The notes under the pieces were generated by a model. It ran no database searches, had not been told where the DNA came from, and worked only from the letters and a program-made list of their open reading frames with translations. From the IMG/VR virus record IMGVR_UViG_3300042540_001399, positions 226,888-290,887 of that record: DNA of 64,000 bases. One strand, written 5' to 3'. Both the position numbers and the translations under genes were made by a program. Positions 37,268 to 47,910 of this stretch are shown piece by piece. Position 1 is the stretch's first letter; the number at the start of each line of letters is the position of its first letter.

Positions 37268-37756
37268 TTAACAATAAACTCCTGAACATCTTTTTTTACC
37301 GTCTAAACCAGGTTGTTTACCTTTACAAACTTGAACTGCGTATCCATTCGCGTATGCCGAAGGGTAAACATCAAACTTGGATTTTGCCGCCGCTTTTCCT
37401 CTAGCACAAAGTTTAGTTCCTGTTTTTTTACGGCCCTCAGACATGACCATATCTTCATCATCAATATTCATTGACATTTGCATTCCATGTTTTTTTGTTT
37501 CATTCATCAAAAAATCAAAAACTTGATCCATATTGTTCTTTGCTTCTGCAATATGATCTTGTGCCCAATCGTGACCATGTTCTAAAATTTCTTCGATCAT
37601 TTGTTGATCAAGATCTAATAAAAGATCACATTGTCTTCTCATTTGTTGTAAATTAGAAAAAAACATATATCGTGAGCTTTCTTTATGGGATTCATTTACC
37701 ACTTTTCTAATTAACGAAGTAAGTTGTGATTCTGTTATTTTTATTTCTCTATTCAT
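37268..37756 (-). CDS. Virion-type protein with C-terminal DUF5872-like module
   Basis: N-terminal KITESQLTSLIRKVVNES; C-terminal LCARGKAAAKSKFDVYPSAYANGYAVQVCKG. Confidence 0.65.
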   Translation of the reverse strand: MNREIKITESQLTSLIRKVVNESHKESSRYMFFSNLQQMRRQCDLLLDLDQQMIEEILEHGHDWAQDHIAEAKNNMDQVFDFLMNETKKHGMQMSMNIDDEDMVMSEGRKKTGTKLCARGKAAAKSKFDVYPSAYANGYAVQVCKGKQPGLDGKKRCSGVYC

Positions 37757-37761
37757 AATAA

Positions 37762-38142
37762 TTAGTTGTTTAAACCATTCTGACCACCCAAAGTGATCGC
37801 GTTCATCTGATATACAGTAGTACCTTGATTATTTGTCCATGCCGGATGTGGTGTCACAACACTAACAACAGTGTTTCCGCTTGGTGTACAAACTTCTAAA
37901 CAGATATTTTGTTCTGTGTTCGCACTTAATGAACAACTACAATCTAAAAAAGGTCCAACTAATGAAAAAATTCCATCGACTTCGGGATTGTTTGTTATTG
38001 AATCTATTGTGAAACATCCTTCAGATGTTGAACCAGTAAATCCTAAATAATATGTATTTCCGGTTGTGTAGGCAGTAAAGCCATTATCGTTAACCACTAA
38101 AGGTGAATCACCATTACAAGGTATTATTAAAATATTTGCCAT
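37762..38142 (-). CDS. Hypothetical structural protein
   Basis: Thr/Gly/Cys-rich ORF in the minus-strand structural operon. Confidence 0.6.
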   Translation of the reverse strand: MANILIIPCNGDSPLVVNDNGFTAYTTGNTYYLGFTGSTSEGCFTIDSITNNPEVDGIFSLVGPFLDCSCSLSANTEQNICLEVCTPSGNTVVSVVTPHPAWTNNQGTTVYQMNAITLGGQNGLNN

Positions 38143-38146
38143 TTTT

Positions 38147-39610
38147 TTATTTTTTATTAATTATTTGAAATTTTATCTGTTTCTTATAAGTATTTATTTC
38201 ACCTGATGAAATCACTTTCAGATCAATAAAATATTCATTAGGTATTTTATCTCTAGTGTCAAAAATAAAATAATACTCATTTGGGGTTCTGTTTATTTTT
38301 GTCCAATCTTGTACTTGAACTTCTGTTGTACCTTCTTTTACATAAACCCTATAAAAAGCATCTACATTCGGAAGTTGTTTATTTGTTGTATATGCTTGTT
38401 TTATTATTACACCAACTTTTCTTACGTCAGTATTTAAAATCATTTCATCTTGTTTTATACCATAATAATCAAATCCATAAACTGATGGTGTATTTGTTGA
38501 AGTTCCAATCTGAATAGACTTTTGTATTGGGTAAACTGTAAAATCATTATAAATGTTTGGTAAATTGAATCCATTCATTACAATATTGGACCAAACATCG
38601 TTAAAAATACAAGGTGTTTTATATCCTATCAGTGGAGGAATTTGTATTTCATAAACACCTTTAGTTTTTCGACAAGATTGTAAATTTATAAGACCTGGTA
38701 TAGGATCACCAGCAGAATCTTCAATTGTCACAAATGGGTTTAAATCTAAGTTTTTGAAGTCCCCATCTTCATAGATATACAAATAAAGTTTATTAGGTTT
38801 ACCTAAAGTAAAATTATTTCTATCATCTTCAATTAAATCATCATATGATGTTTCTAAAAAAGGTTCGTAAAATGTTTGGGTATGTCTTGAAAAAAACCCA
38901 ACCGAATAAGTTCCAGTTGTTCCGGTCAAGTTTTCTACTTGAGGTAGAAAAGCAATACCCCACCCAACAGGATTGACGAAATTACCTTGTAAGATATAAT
39001 TAATTTCATTTGTCATATCAAATTCGATATTTTCATCACCAAATTCGAAGTGTTGTGTTGCGACAATAGTAAGCGCCGAAAACGGAGTGGATCCACTATT
39101 CAAATTACTATAAATCCCTGGTTGTTGCCAAAAATCTATTGTGGTTGTTTGATACCAATTTGATGGCCTGTCAGAATAGTTTTTATCATTTGGAACTGAA
39201 GACATAAGATCTGCATAATCATACCCAACACCTTCATCCCATCTTTGTGGTTGACTAGGATCTAAATCTACATACGGTATTCTGAACAAAATTAAGTCAA
39301 ATGAAGTTGCTCTCAATCTACCCTGTGAAGTTTTTTCATTAAGAAAGTCCTTATTGAAAAAACTTGTATTTGTCATACGTAATGTATGTTTGATATTGTT
39401 ACCATTACATAAAGGATTAATTGTCCCGTCATTATATTTTTCTTTTAATAATGTTAAATCTAAATCAAAAATAAATCTACTAAACCCGTTTGGGTTTATT
39501 AAATTACCATTACCATAGAATAACTCAATTACAGGATTTCTACCTGTATTAGTTAAACTATTCGAAATGATTGTATTATTCCTACTAAAATATGAATTGT
39601 TAATTGACAT
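38147..39610 (-). CDS. Putative structural protein (beta-rich)
   Basis: 487-aa ORF; TATTTAT on the minus strand at 39624-39630. Confidence 0.65.
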   Translation of the reverse strand: MSINNSYFSRNNTIISNSLTNTGRNPVIELFYGNGNLINPNGFSRFIFDLDLTLLKEKYNDGTINPLCNGNNIKHTLRMTNTSFFNKDFLNEKTSQGRLRATSFDLILFRIPYVDLDPSQPQRWDEGVGYDYADLMSSVPNDKNYSDRPSNWYQTTTIDFWQQPGIYSNLNSGSTPFSALTIVATQHFEFGDENIEFDMTNEINYILQGNFVNPVGWGIAFLPQVENLTGTTGTYSVGFFSRHTQTFYEPFLETSYDDLIEDDRNNFTLGKPNKLYLYIYEDGDFKNLDLNPFVTIEDSAGDPIPGLINLQSCRKTKGVYEIQIPPLIGYKTPCIFNDVWSNIVMNGFNLPNIYNDFTVYPIQKSIQIGTSTNTPSVYGFDYYGIKQDEMILNTDVRKVGVIIKQAYTTNKQLPNVDAFYRVYVKEGTTEVQVQDWTKINRTPNEYYFIFDTRDKIPNEYFIDLKVISSGEINTYKKQIKFQIINKK

Positions 39611-39630
39611 TTATCTTTTTATAATAAATA

Positions 39631-41157
39631 TCAATTAATTCTAATATTTTGATTTAATATTGTATTTGGTGCGTCTAATAGTTGTTGGAGAATTTCTGAC
39701 GTTCTAGTTCCATCTCTACCAACAGTTGATGGTGAAAGCCCGTGGAATGGATGAACGTGTGAGATCAAGAACTTTACAATTAAATTTAATAGCTTCATAA
39801 GTTCATCACCTCTGACCATTGGATCAGTCTTTGGTACTATTTCTTTAGTGTATTTATCTTCTTTTATACCATATAATGTAGAACTTAGATCTATTTTTCC
39901 TTTTGATGGTATTTGAGTACCGTGGGATAATAAAAATATTTTTTCAGCACCCATCGTTGAATATGTTATAGGTGCCGTCGAGTACAAAATTGGTATATAA
40001 GTGCTTGTATTAATTTTAACAGGACTTGATGTTTTATTGTAATCCCAAACTAAATTATAACCTGTTTTTGTGTCATTTGTATTAAGTTTAACTTTGTTAC
40101 TTATTTTAGTAACATTATCTATTTCAATAGGAGTTGAGCCAGTTAAGTTTATTAATTTATCATAGGTGTTTAACGTAGGTCTGAAATAAAAAGGAAATTG
40201 ATCATAAACGTTATGAATAGTGTAACCACTTATATTTATTGTGCCTTCATTAACTCCCTTTATGAAATCATTTATTAACGTATAAGTTTCTTTTAATGTT
40301 TTACCAATAAATTGAATGTAATATTCAGGAGCCCCAACTATTTGTGACACGTTAGATGCAACACTAAAGTCTTTTGATTCCAATGAAACATTTGCGTTTG
40401 TTACATTATATGGGACATTATACAGATAAATAGTTCCAGTAAAGGCGTCCATAGTGTTATCCGGATTTATTATATCCCAATCAACAACCTTTCTTATTGG
40501 TTTACTATCTATAAAAATTGTTTGTTCTTCTCTTTCTTCACCATTTTCAGATTTAGTTGGGTAATTACTTAAGTGAAGAAACGCTCGTTTTTCATTCTCT
40601 ATTGGAAATTTGTTAACATCAAATACGCTATTAGTTTTTCCGGCACGTAAAAGAACTTCTTCTTTTTTAACAATAATATCTGCGGTTCCTCGACCAAGGA
40701 GTGAATTATCACCGGGTTCAGGAAAAATACCAAAACTTTTTATATTTCTATATTCCCCCTGTTGATTTTTTAATGATAAGGATTGTTTAATTTTTGAACC
40801 TGCCGCGGTAAACTTTTTCGCTGATTCAAAATACTCAAAGTTTGTAGTTTGTGGTGATGAAAAAGGTCCTTGTATATAATATTGATTAAGATTGTCAAAA
40901 GTTTTGTCTTGATATATTATGTTTACAAGTTCATTTTTTTCAGGGATTTGATTGATGTAAAAAGGGAGTAGTGGATTAAACACAAAAGGATCTCTTTGCG
41001 TCCAAGCGTCAGTTTCTTCATTCCAATTAGGTATTGAACTTACAACCCCTAAATAATCTTTAACTTCTGGTCTGACTCTTAGTCGACCTAACACCATTGG
41101 GTCTTTGTTATCTAAAACAACACCAGGAAATATTATTTGATTTTCGTTACCCCCCAT
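39631..41157 (-). CDS. Baseplate hub/central spike protein (gp5/VgrG-like)
   Basis: N-terminal OB-fold signature GVVLDNKDPMVLGRLRVR; C-terminal HVHPFHG resembling the spike-tip HxH motif. Confidence 0.75.
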   Translation of the reverse strand: MGGNENQIIFPGVVLDNKDPMVLGRLRVRPEVKDYLGVVSSIPNWNEETDAWTQRDPFVFNPLLPFYINQIPEKNELVNIIYQDKTFDNLNQYYIQGPFSSPQTTNFEYFESAKKFTAAGSKIKQSLSLKNQQGEYRNIKSFGIFPEPGDNSLLGRGTADIIVKKEEVLLRAGKTNSVFDVNKFPIENEKRAFLHLSNYPTKSENGEEREEQTIFIDSKPIRKVVDWDIINPDNTMDAFTGTIYLYNVPYNVTNANVSLESKDFSVASNVSQIVGAPEYYIQFIGKTLKETYTLINDFIKGVNEGTINISGYTIHNVYDQFPFYFRPTLNTYDKLINLTGSTPIEIDNVTKISNKVKLNTNDTKTGYNLVWDYNKTSSPVKINTSTYIPILYSTAPITYSTMGAEKIFLLSHGTQIPSKGKIDLSSTLYGIKEDKYTKEIVPKTDPMVRGDELMKLLNLIVKFLISHVHPFHGLSPSTVGRDGTRTSEILQQLLDAPNTILNQNIRIN

Positions 41158-41356
41158 TTCTCTTGTTATGTTCTTTTAATAATGTATTATAGGTGGTTTC
41201 AATTTTATCTAAATAATTTGATAACATAAGTAACTTTTCTTTAGTTACATTAAATTCATTATTCATAAAATCCAAAGCCTTAGTCAAATCTTTGTTTGAC
41301 TTATTTTTATAATCTTTAACAATTTCTTCAATTTTTTTTGCTTCTTCCAAATTCAT
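41147..41356 (-). CDS. Small coiled-coil hypothetical protein
   Basis: ATG ORF coupled to both neighbours. Confidence 0.65.
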   Translation of the reverse strand: MNLEEAKKIEEIVKDYKNKSNKDLTKALDFMNNEFNVTKEKLLMLSNYLDKIETTYNTLLKEHNKRNGG

Positions 41357-41357
41357 C

Positions 41358-43259
41358 TTATAATTTTTTTCCGCTTATGTTCATCGGCATAACCACACCA
41401 CCAGGTAACCATGTCCCATAACCTGACAATCCTTCTACTTTACTATTTTCATCTTCTTCTTTTTTGTTGGCCTTGAGTTGTGAAAACAAAGCCGCTAATC
41501 CTAAATTTGGTGTACCATCAGGCATTGGTCCTGTAGGCAATCCAATTTTTTGATATTCTTCGATAGAATTAACAAATGCTCTTGATGCTGAATACCCGCT
41601 TAGTAATTTTGTTGCGACTAGTAATGGTTTAGGAATCGTATCCCCAAAACCACTTATGGCGATTTTAAGTAGTTGTAATATTTCATCAACAACCCCTTTA
41701 CATTCTCTCCAATCTTTTATTAATCTGGCAACTGTAAGAATAATTTCTATTAGTCTTAAAATAATTCTAAGTCTTGTTTGTGACGTTTCTTTAGTAACAT
41801 CTAAGATTATTGCCTGTATTAAATTTTGTATATCTTTTTTAATAATTGTAAAAAGTTCTTGGATAAATATTGCCCCTATTTGAGACATTATTTCCATAAC
41901 AAGTCTAAAAAACTTTTTTACAAAATCCATTAATGATTTAACCAAGTCACCGATAGATGATCCTAAAGATTTCAACATGATCATTATTGGTAGTAGTACT
42001 TTGGGTGAAAACAATGCGTATAATATTGCTTTGGGTATACTTTTCAATAAACTCAAATCAAAACTAATTTTAATGCCAAAACCATTATCATTTGATCCAT
42101 TAACAACGGCTGAACTTGCATTTTCTATTGCAGTATCAATAGTTTGACCTGAAATAAAAATAAGGTCGATTATTGATTGTGTAATCAATTCTGAATTCAC
42201 AGGCACTTCTACGTTATCACAGTCCTCAAAAACAATTACACCTTGATAAATATTATTTATCCTTTCTTCTATTTGGAATAGATCAACACTTGTAAATTCA
42301 AAAAATGATTCGTCTACTTCATCTAATTCAGATGTCTTCGATGTTCCAGCAACATTTATTTCTTTGTTTGAATCAAAACATAAACCTAAAATTCTTTGTA
42401 GAATAATTTCAAACTTTGAAAAATCACCAATTTTTAAATTTCCTGTACCAGACTGTATTGATAGAAATCCCGTGAGAATTTCGAATAACATCGCAATCAC
42501 GTTATTGAAATCCAAAATATCTAAACTTGCATAATAATCTTTCAGGGCTTCTGATATTTTATTAATACCCGTGAACCTTGGTTGTAAAGTTACTTTAAAA
42601 AATTGACCAGGATTGTTGTTACCATCTTGTAATACATATTCAATATCGAAAAGATCTTGTCCAGATGCTCCTTTATAGTATTGACCGTATTCGTTGAAAT
42701 ATGACGTACCCAAAGATTGAATTCTATGGTACAGTTCCTTGTTCATTGCAAAGGGCACTGTACCAATATTTATTCCTTGTTTTTCATATAAAATGGCAAA
42801 CTTTTCATCTGCAGGATCTTTTTTCAATAAAGACAACAAATCAATAGATCTTACTGGAATATATATTGGTTGGTTAGGATTATATTCTTGGTCCAAACTA
42901 CAACCGATAGTATTGATAGCTTCTTTGATTAAAATTTCTGTAATCTTTGGTTTACAGTTTGCCAAAGCTCTAACAAAAACTTTTTTAAGATATTCAATTG
43001 TGTTTGCACCTTTTCTATTAGTCAAACTTGCAATTTCAACTAATTCATCAAGTTGGGTTTTTTGTTTTTTTTGGGATCTTTTTTTTTCTTTTTTTGCTTC
43101 AGACTTTGATCTTCTATTTTGTTTTGAATTAACTTCTTCGTTGTCACCTTTTTTTTTTGACAATTCTGCAACATCTTGTCTTACCTGATTGTAGGTTTTC
43201 GCAGCATTAATTTTACTTTTTACTTCACCGTAGCTAAAATTTAAATCTTGTGAAGGCAT
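41358..43259 (-). CDS. Large helical hypothetical protein
   Basis: 633-aa ORF in the operon; no recognised motif. Confidence 0.7.
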   Translation of the reverse strand: MPSQDLNFSYGEVKSKINAAKTYNQVRQDVAELSKKKGDNEEVNSKQNRRSKSEAKKEKKRSQKKQKTQLDELVEIASLTNRKGANTIEYLKKVFVRALANCKPKITEILIKEAINTIGCSLDQEYNPNQPIYIPVRSIDLLSLLKKDPADEKFAILYEKQGINIGTVPFAMNKELYHRIQSLGTSYFNEYGQYYKGASGQDLFDIEYVLQDGNNNPGQFFKVTLQPRFTGINKISEALKDYYASLDILDFNNVIAMLFEILTGFLSIQSGTGNLKIGDFSKFEIILQRILGLCFDSNKEINVAGTSKTSELDEVDESFFEFTSVDLFQIEERINNIYQGVIVFEDCDNVEVPVNSELITQSIIDLIFISGQTIDTAIENASSAVVNGSNDNGFGIKISFDLSLLKSIPKAILYALFSPKVLLPIMIMLKSLGSSIGDLVKSLMDFVKKFFRLVMEIMSQIGAIFIQELFTIIKKDIQNLIQAIILDVTKETSQTRLRIILRLIEIILTVARLIKDWRECKGVVDEILQLLKIAISGFGDTIPKPLLVATKLLSGYSASRAFVNSIEEYQKIGLPTGPMPDGTPNLGLAALFSQLKANKKEEDENSKVEGLSGYGTWLPGGVVMPMNISGKKL

Positions 43260-43627
43260 TATTTATTGAGTTTGTAACTTTTATCGTCAGTGTCTTTATC
43301 AATCAAAGATTGTAGGATATCATCATTCATGTCTAAATCAGACAAAGTAAAATTATCTTGTTTTTCTTGTGACTTCTGCCATATCTGAGCTTGAAGCTTT
43401 GATAAGGACAACTTTTTTTCTACACAATCGTTAATGATCTTTTGTTGCTTTTCAATTACAGGACCAATGAGAGTCATGTCTTCAGGTTCCTTCATCATAG
43501 TCAACATTTTATTTTGTATCCTTATGGCGGTACTTCTTTGTTCTACAATTTCATTGTAAATTTCTTGCATCAAAGAAAGTAAGGAATCTTTGGTTAGGTT
43601 AATTTCTTTTTTTGTTGGTCTTGGCAT
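43259..43627 (-). CDS. Hypothetical coiled-coil protein
   Basis: ATG ORF; TATTTAT on the minus strand at 43632-43638. Confidence 0.7.
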   Translation of the reverse strand: MPRPTKKEINLTKDSLLSLMQEIYNEIVEQRSTAIRIQNKMLTMMKEPEDMTLIGPVIEKQQKIINDCVEKKLSLSKLQAQIWQKSQEKQDNFTLSDLDMNDDILQSLIDKDTDDKSYKLNK

Positions 43628-43647
43628 AACTATAAATATTTTTATTT

Positions 43648-44397
43648 CTATTTTAACATATCATTAATTATTTCTTGATAAATTTTCTTGTATCTCTTCA
43701 AAGAATTTCTAATTTCTTTTGTAGAAAGATTAGTCATTTCTCGTATTTCAAACAAAACAACATTTTTATTAAACTTGTTGTTGTTCGAATTATCAACAAA
43801 TATATTATTATAGTTACGGAATATTTCCATAAGAGCTTGACCTAGCTTCATTTCTTGTTCACTAATTGATTTATCGTCCATAGAATCTGTAAGTTTAATA
43901 ATAAATTTATTTATTATTTCTTCAGTAGATATACTATCATCGTCTATATGATAAATCATATCAGGGGCATTATGTAAATCCGCAGAAATATCTTCATATG
44001 AAACTTTACGATTCATATCTTTTTGATCTTTCAGTATTTGGCCCATTAAATAATTTTTACATATAGTACCAAAATATGAATATGCCTTTTTTTCTTTTGA
44101 TGGTTTAAATTTATCAATTTTTGTCATCAAAAAAGAATGAGTGTCAACATGGATTTCATTAAAATCCATATCTTTTCTGTATAATTTATATCGTCTTATA
44201 ATTGACGATATCATTTTATCCAAGGGAAATCTTAAATATTCATTATAAATTTTATTCTTTTCATCCATAGTGTTCGCAGTTAAAAACATCCTAACTGCGT
44301 TTTCTTCTGGTTCATCAAAATAATTATTTAACTTAGGTTTCCTTCCCTTCTTTTTCTTTTCATTCTGGGTTTCGTTTAAATCTAATTTTAATTCCAT
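43648..44397 (-). CDS. Putative late-transcription sigma factor (gp55-like)
   Basis: KFKPSKEKKAYSYFGTICKNYL resembles the region-2 motif (FDPEK..PFAYFTQI) of T4-like late sigma factors; C-terminal helix-turn-helix-like segment. Confidence 0.6.
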   Translation of the reverse strand: MELKLDLNETQNEKKKKGRKPKLNNYFDEPEENAVRMFLTANTMDEKNKIYNEYLRFPLDKMISSIIRRYKLYRKDMDFNEIHVDTHSFLMTKIDKFKPSKEKKAYSYFGTICKNYLMGQILKDQKDMNRKVSYEDISADLHNAPDMIYHIDDDSISTEEIINKFIIKLTDSMDDKSISEQEMKLGQALMEIFRNYNNIFVDNSNNNKFNKNVVLFEIREMTNLSTKEIRNSLKRYKKIYQEIINDMLK

Positions 44398-45203
44398 TAA
44401 ACCTCTTGGGGTTCATATTTTATATCTCTTTGTTTAATATAGAAATATTCTTTCTTTGCTGAATCTATCCAAAACTTAACTTCATCTTCACTAAGTCTAT
44501 CATCAGAATTTTTATAATTCCAAAAAATTGAACCTTCTCTCAAATTCATATGTTTATAACCAATTTTTGGAATTGTCATAATCTTAACTGAATTTTGTGT
44601 TAGTCTTAAAAAGAACTCATATCCAAATGTCAATTTGATATTATTTTTAATCATACCATTGTTAATATAATCATCTTTTTTTATTATCAGTCCTGATATT
44701 TGAAAGTTTTGATAGTTCAAAAGAGTTTCATTTGTTAACAACCCTAAGTCTTGTGATATGTTTGCGGCAAACGTTGCTTCATTTGTAAAACCAACAAAGA
44801 CACCTTGTTCATTTACGTCGACAACAATCGGTAAAAATACACCAACATCTTCATATAAATTCATATATTTGGTTGCGTTTTTAAACCAAATGCTCGAATA
44901 CTCGTCATCGAATTCCAACAAAGAAATCCATTTTGAATTTGATGATGTTGCACCATAATTAATTTGGTCCGCAAAATTGGGTTCTTTATCCCAAACTAAC
45001 TTAGTTACATTTAGTTCTTCAAAATCATAGTTTTCAATATGTTCTGACAAGAATTTTTCATCACAGTAAACTATGATTAGTTCATTTATGTAATCTTTTT
45101 GATTTTTTACTGATGTAATACATCTATTGAAGTACTCTTCAAAATTTCTTGCTTTACCTGATTTTATAGGTAATATAACCGATATTGTATTATTATTTTC
45201 CAT
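44397..45203 (-). CDS. GT-A (GT2-like) glycosyltransferase
   Basis: ISVILPI, FADQINYGA, WISLLEFDDEY DxD-type motif. Confidence 0.8.
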   Translation of the reverse strand: MENNNTISVILPIKSGKARNFEEYFNRCITSVKNQKDYINELIIVYCDEKFLSEHIENYDFEELNVTKLVWDKEPNFADQINYGATSSNSKWISLLEFDDEYSSIWFKNATKYMNLYEDVGVFLPIVVDVNEQGVFVGFTNEATFAANISQDLGLLTNETLLNYQNFQISGLIIKKDDYINNGMIKNNIKLTFGYEFFLRLTQNSVKIMTIPKIGYKHMNLREGSIFWNYKNSDDRLSEDEVKFWIDSAKKEYFYIKQRDIKYEPQEV

Positions 45204-45206
45204 ATA

Positions 45207-46265
45207 TTAAATTGTTTCTGTTTTAGTTAATTGTGATTCAAAACTTTCTAATCTTGTAGCGAGTACATCATTAAAAAATGTGATTACATCATTTTTGAAC
45301 TTTTCGTCAGATGATAAACTTTCCGATGTTTTATCCATATTTACGTAAAGTTCAGGATTAATATTATCTTCTAACCAATTTTGTATAAAATCCGCAACTA
45401 CATCTGGTAACATGTTTTTGTTATTTATCCAAATTCCATTATCTTCATTCATCCAATTTGGTACTAAGTTTGGTACTAATCCAATGACAGGAATTCCCAT
45501 TTTAATAGATTCCAATGGAAAAGTTCCCCATCCACTATTTTCATCTACCCAAATTGATACAAAACTATCATTCATTGCTTGTGCAAACTCTGTTTCTGAA
45601 AGACCTCTAAGATCTCTAAATGTGATCCATCTATATTGTGGGAACTTAGCATAAAAAGTTTTAATCAAATTTGTTGTGTCTCTGTGATCTCTTGTGTGAA
45701 TCGAAACTATTGTTTTTGGTGGTAACTCTTGTTTCTTAAAACAAGAAGAAATTTTGGGTTCGACCACGTCAACTGTAATATTTCTAACTACATTTTTTAT
45801 ATATTCTTTTTGATTTTCGGAAGTTGTTAAACATTTCAAAAACCCTAATAACGGCCAAGTTTGACCAGGTTGAAGGGTTTCAAAAATATAATCATAAGAT
45901 TGACATAGTACAATTTTTCCACAAGGTAACTTAGTGATTTGATCCATTACAAATCCATATATTTCAGGAACAATTATTAAATCTTCAGGAGAAACATCTA
46001 AATTTGTCCCTTCTATTGCCTTATGTGGTAATTCATTCATATATTCTTCACCCAACCAATCAGTAACACCAAAATAATCTGGTTTTTCATGTAGAATTAT
46101 AGGATTGAATCCTTCATGTTTTAAGTCCATAGCCATTTGATAGATGTATCTAACTGATGCCTTGGCATTACCTTTGGTGTCTTGTACCAAAAAATAAATT
46201 CTTGATTTTTTGTCTTTCATGTTCTGAATAGACTTTTCTAACTTAGATATTTGTTCTGTATTCAT
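45207..46265 (-). CDS. GT-B (GT4-like) glycosyltransferase
   Basis: ENSGWGTFPLESIKMGIPVIG (E-x7-E motif). Confidence 0.75.
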   Translation of the reverse strand: MNTEQISKLEKSIQNMKDKKSRIYFLVQDTKGNAKASVRYIYQMAMDLKHEGFNPIILHEKPDYFGVTDWLGEEYMNELPHKAIEGTNLDVSPEDLIIVPEIYGFVMDQITKLPCGKIVLCQSYDYIFETLQPGQTWPLLGFLKCLTTSENQKEYIKNVVRNITVDVVEPKISSCFKKQELPPKTIVSIHTRDHRDTTNLIKTFYAKFPQYRWITFRDLRGLSETEFAQAMNDSFVSIWVDENSGWGTFPLESIKMGIPVIGLVPNLVPNWMNEDNGIWINNKNMLPDVVADFIQNWLEDNINPELYVNMDKTSESLSSDEKFKNDVITFFNDVLATRLESFESQLTKTETI

Positions 46266-46269
46266 ATTT

Positions 46270-46524
46270 TTATAATTTGTTTATTATTTTTTTCATCAAA
46301 AGTGTATTGAATGCTATTTTGAAAGGAATTGATAATTCGTGACTTTTAAGTCCTAAATTTTCATCAACTTCATTAGACTCAGTAAGTACCGTTTCTAGCA
46401 TAGATTTTATAGTTTCGTACTTTACCAAATGTATTTGTGGTTCCCCACTTGTACTTGTCATGTTTACGTGGTCTTCTAAAGCGTCAAGATCAACGTAGTA
46501 ATTTTCATTGAGTATTTTGAACAT
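46270..46524 (-). CDS. Hypothetical protein (84 aa)
   Basis: ATG ORF in the operon. Confidence 0.65.
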   Translation of the reverse strand: MFKILNENYYVDLDALEDHVNMTSTSGEPQIHLVKYETIKSMLETVLTESNEVDENLGLKSHELSIPFKIAFNTLLMKKIINKL

Positions 46525-47201
46525 TATGTATTTATTTTATTTATTACATCTTCAAATTCAGAAAGTGATCTTATAGTGAAGTTGCAATCTATATGTTTAT
46601 TATATTCAGTTTCAAACTTAACTAAAGTTTTATCTTCATACTTAGTCAATAATAATGCAGGGTTTGATGTAAGTAAAACATCTATTTCATCAAACATTTT
46701 ATTTTTTGTGACTTCACTATAAAACAAAACCTTTTCGATAAGACAACCAAATTTTGATAAGAAAAAAAGTGATGATGGTTTTGATTTACCAATTTCATCA
46801 GAAACAATAATCAAATCGTGATTTTCTCTAATTTTATAATATAAATCATTTAAAATATTGAAGGTGTTAATTTCTGTTGATGGCGCATGTCCAAAAAGTT
46901 CCATAGTGTAGTCTTCATACATAAAAGAATAAAGTTCATCTTTTGATCTGAAAGCAAAATGATTCATTAAATTTAATGATGTTACTTCATTTTTTATTTC
47001 ATAATTAAAAAATGTTTTATCTTCGATGATTGACAATTCTGTAGATCCAGAATTTTCAGGATCAAATTCCAAATCAAAAGATTGTAGTGTTTCATCATGA
47101 TCAACATCTACTAAATGTTTTTCATAAAGTTGTTTGAACTTACCTATTGTGTCCCTTAGAACACCATTAATTTCAATCCCTATTCTCTTTGTCATATTCA
47201 T
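46524..47201 (-). CDS. HAD-like 5'(3')-nucleotidase (NT5C-like) with degenerate motif I
   Basis: RIGIEINGVLRD in place of IGIDxDGVLxD; C-terminal F...YN pattern. Confidence 0.55.
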   Translation of the reverse strand: MNMTKRIGIEINGVLRDTIGKFKQLYEKHLVDVDHDETLQSFDLEFDPENSGSTELSIIEDKTFFNYEIKNEVTSLNLMNHFAFRSKDELYSFMYEDYTMELFGHAPSTEINTFNILNDLYYKIRENHDLIIVSDEIGKSKPSSLFFLSKFGCLIEKVLFYSEVTKNKMFDEIDVLLTSNPALLLTKYEDKTLVKFETEYNKHIDCNFTIRSLSEFEDVINKINT

Positions 47202-47910
47202 TTAGTATTTTACCAATTAATGGGTTTCTAACATTTTTAGCATTTCTAAAATCATATACACCAATATCATCCACATTTTGAAATCTTTGAAGTGCGTCAT
47301 AAAGTCCTGATTGTTTTTTATCTTTGTATCTATCTGTTTGTTCTAAGTCACCTGATATAAAAAATTTACTATTGAAACCAATTCTAGTTAACAATAATTT
47401 CATTTGATTTGGTGTTGAATTTTGAGCTTCCTCAAAAATTAATATAGAATTGTCAATATTCATACCTCTCATGTATGCCAAGGCAAATACTTCGATAATT
47501 TCAGATTCTTTAAGTTTTTCTCTTGCTTCTTTACCAATTATTTTATTTAAAAGATAGTATGATGGAAAAATATACGGATCTAGTTTTTCTTCTAAATTAC
47601 CTGGTAATGAACCAAGTTTTTCTTCAGCTTCGACGGCAGGTCTCACAATAATTATTTTTTCGTAGGCGTTGTTTGGGTCCATAAGAAGATCGACAGCCGC
47701 CTTCATAGATATATAACTTTTACCTACGCCCGCCGGTCCTGAACAAATTGTGATTTGATTTTCTTTTAGTATGTTATAATATTCTTCCTGATTTGGTGAT
47801 AAAAATTTATTTTTTTGTTTTTTCTTAATAACTGTATTAATAAATTCTTTTTTTGAAAATGATTTGATTTCTGTTTCCTCGTTTTGATTTACCTTTTTTC
47901 TATTCGTCAT
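47173..47910 (-). CDS. phoH: PhoH-family ATPase
   Basis: GPAGVGKS, IIIVRPAVEAEEKLGSLPG, AYMRGMN, EEAQN, GDLEQTD. Confidence 0.93.
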   Translation of the reverse strand: MTNRKKVNQNEETEIKSFSKKEFINTVIKKKQKNKFLSPNQEEYYNILKENQITICSGPAGVGKSYISMKAAVDLLMDPNNAYEKIIIVRPAVEAEEKLGSLPGNLEEKLDPYIFPSYYLLNKIIGKEAREKLKESEIIEVFALAYMRGMNIDNSILIFEEAQNSTPNQMKLLLTRIGFNSKFFISGDLEQTDRYKDKKQSGLYDALQRFQNVDDIGVYDFRNAKNVRNPLIGKILNEYDKENRD

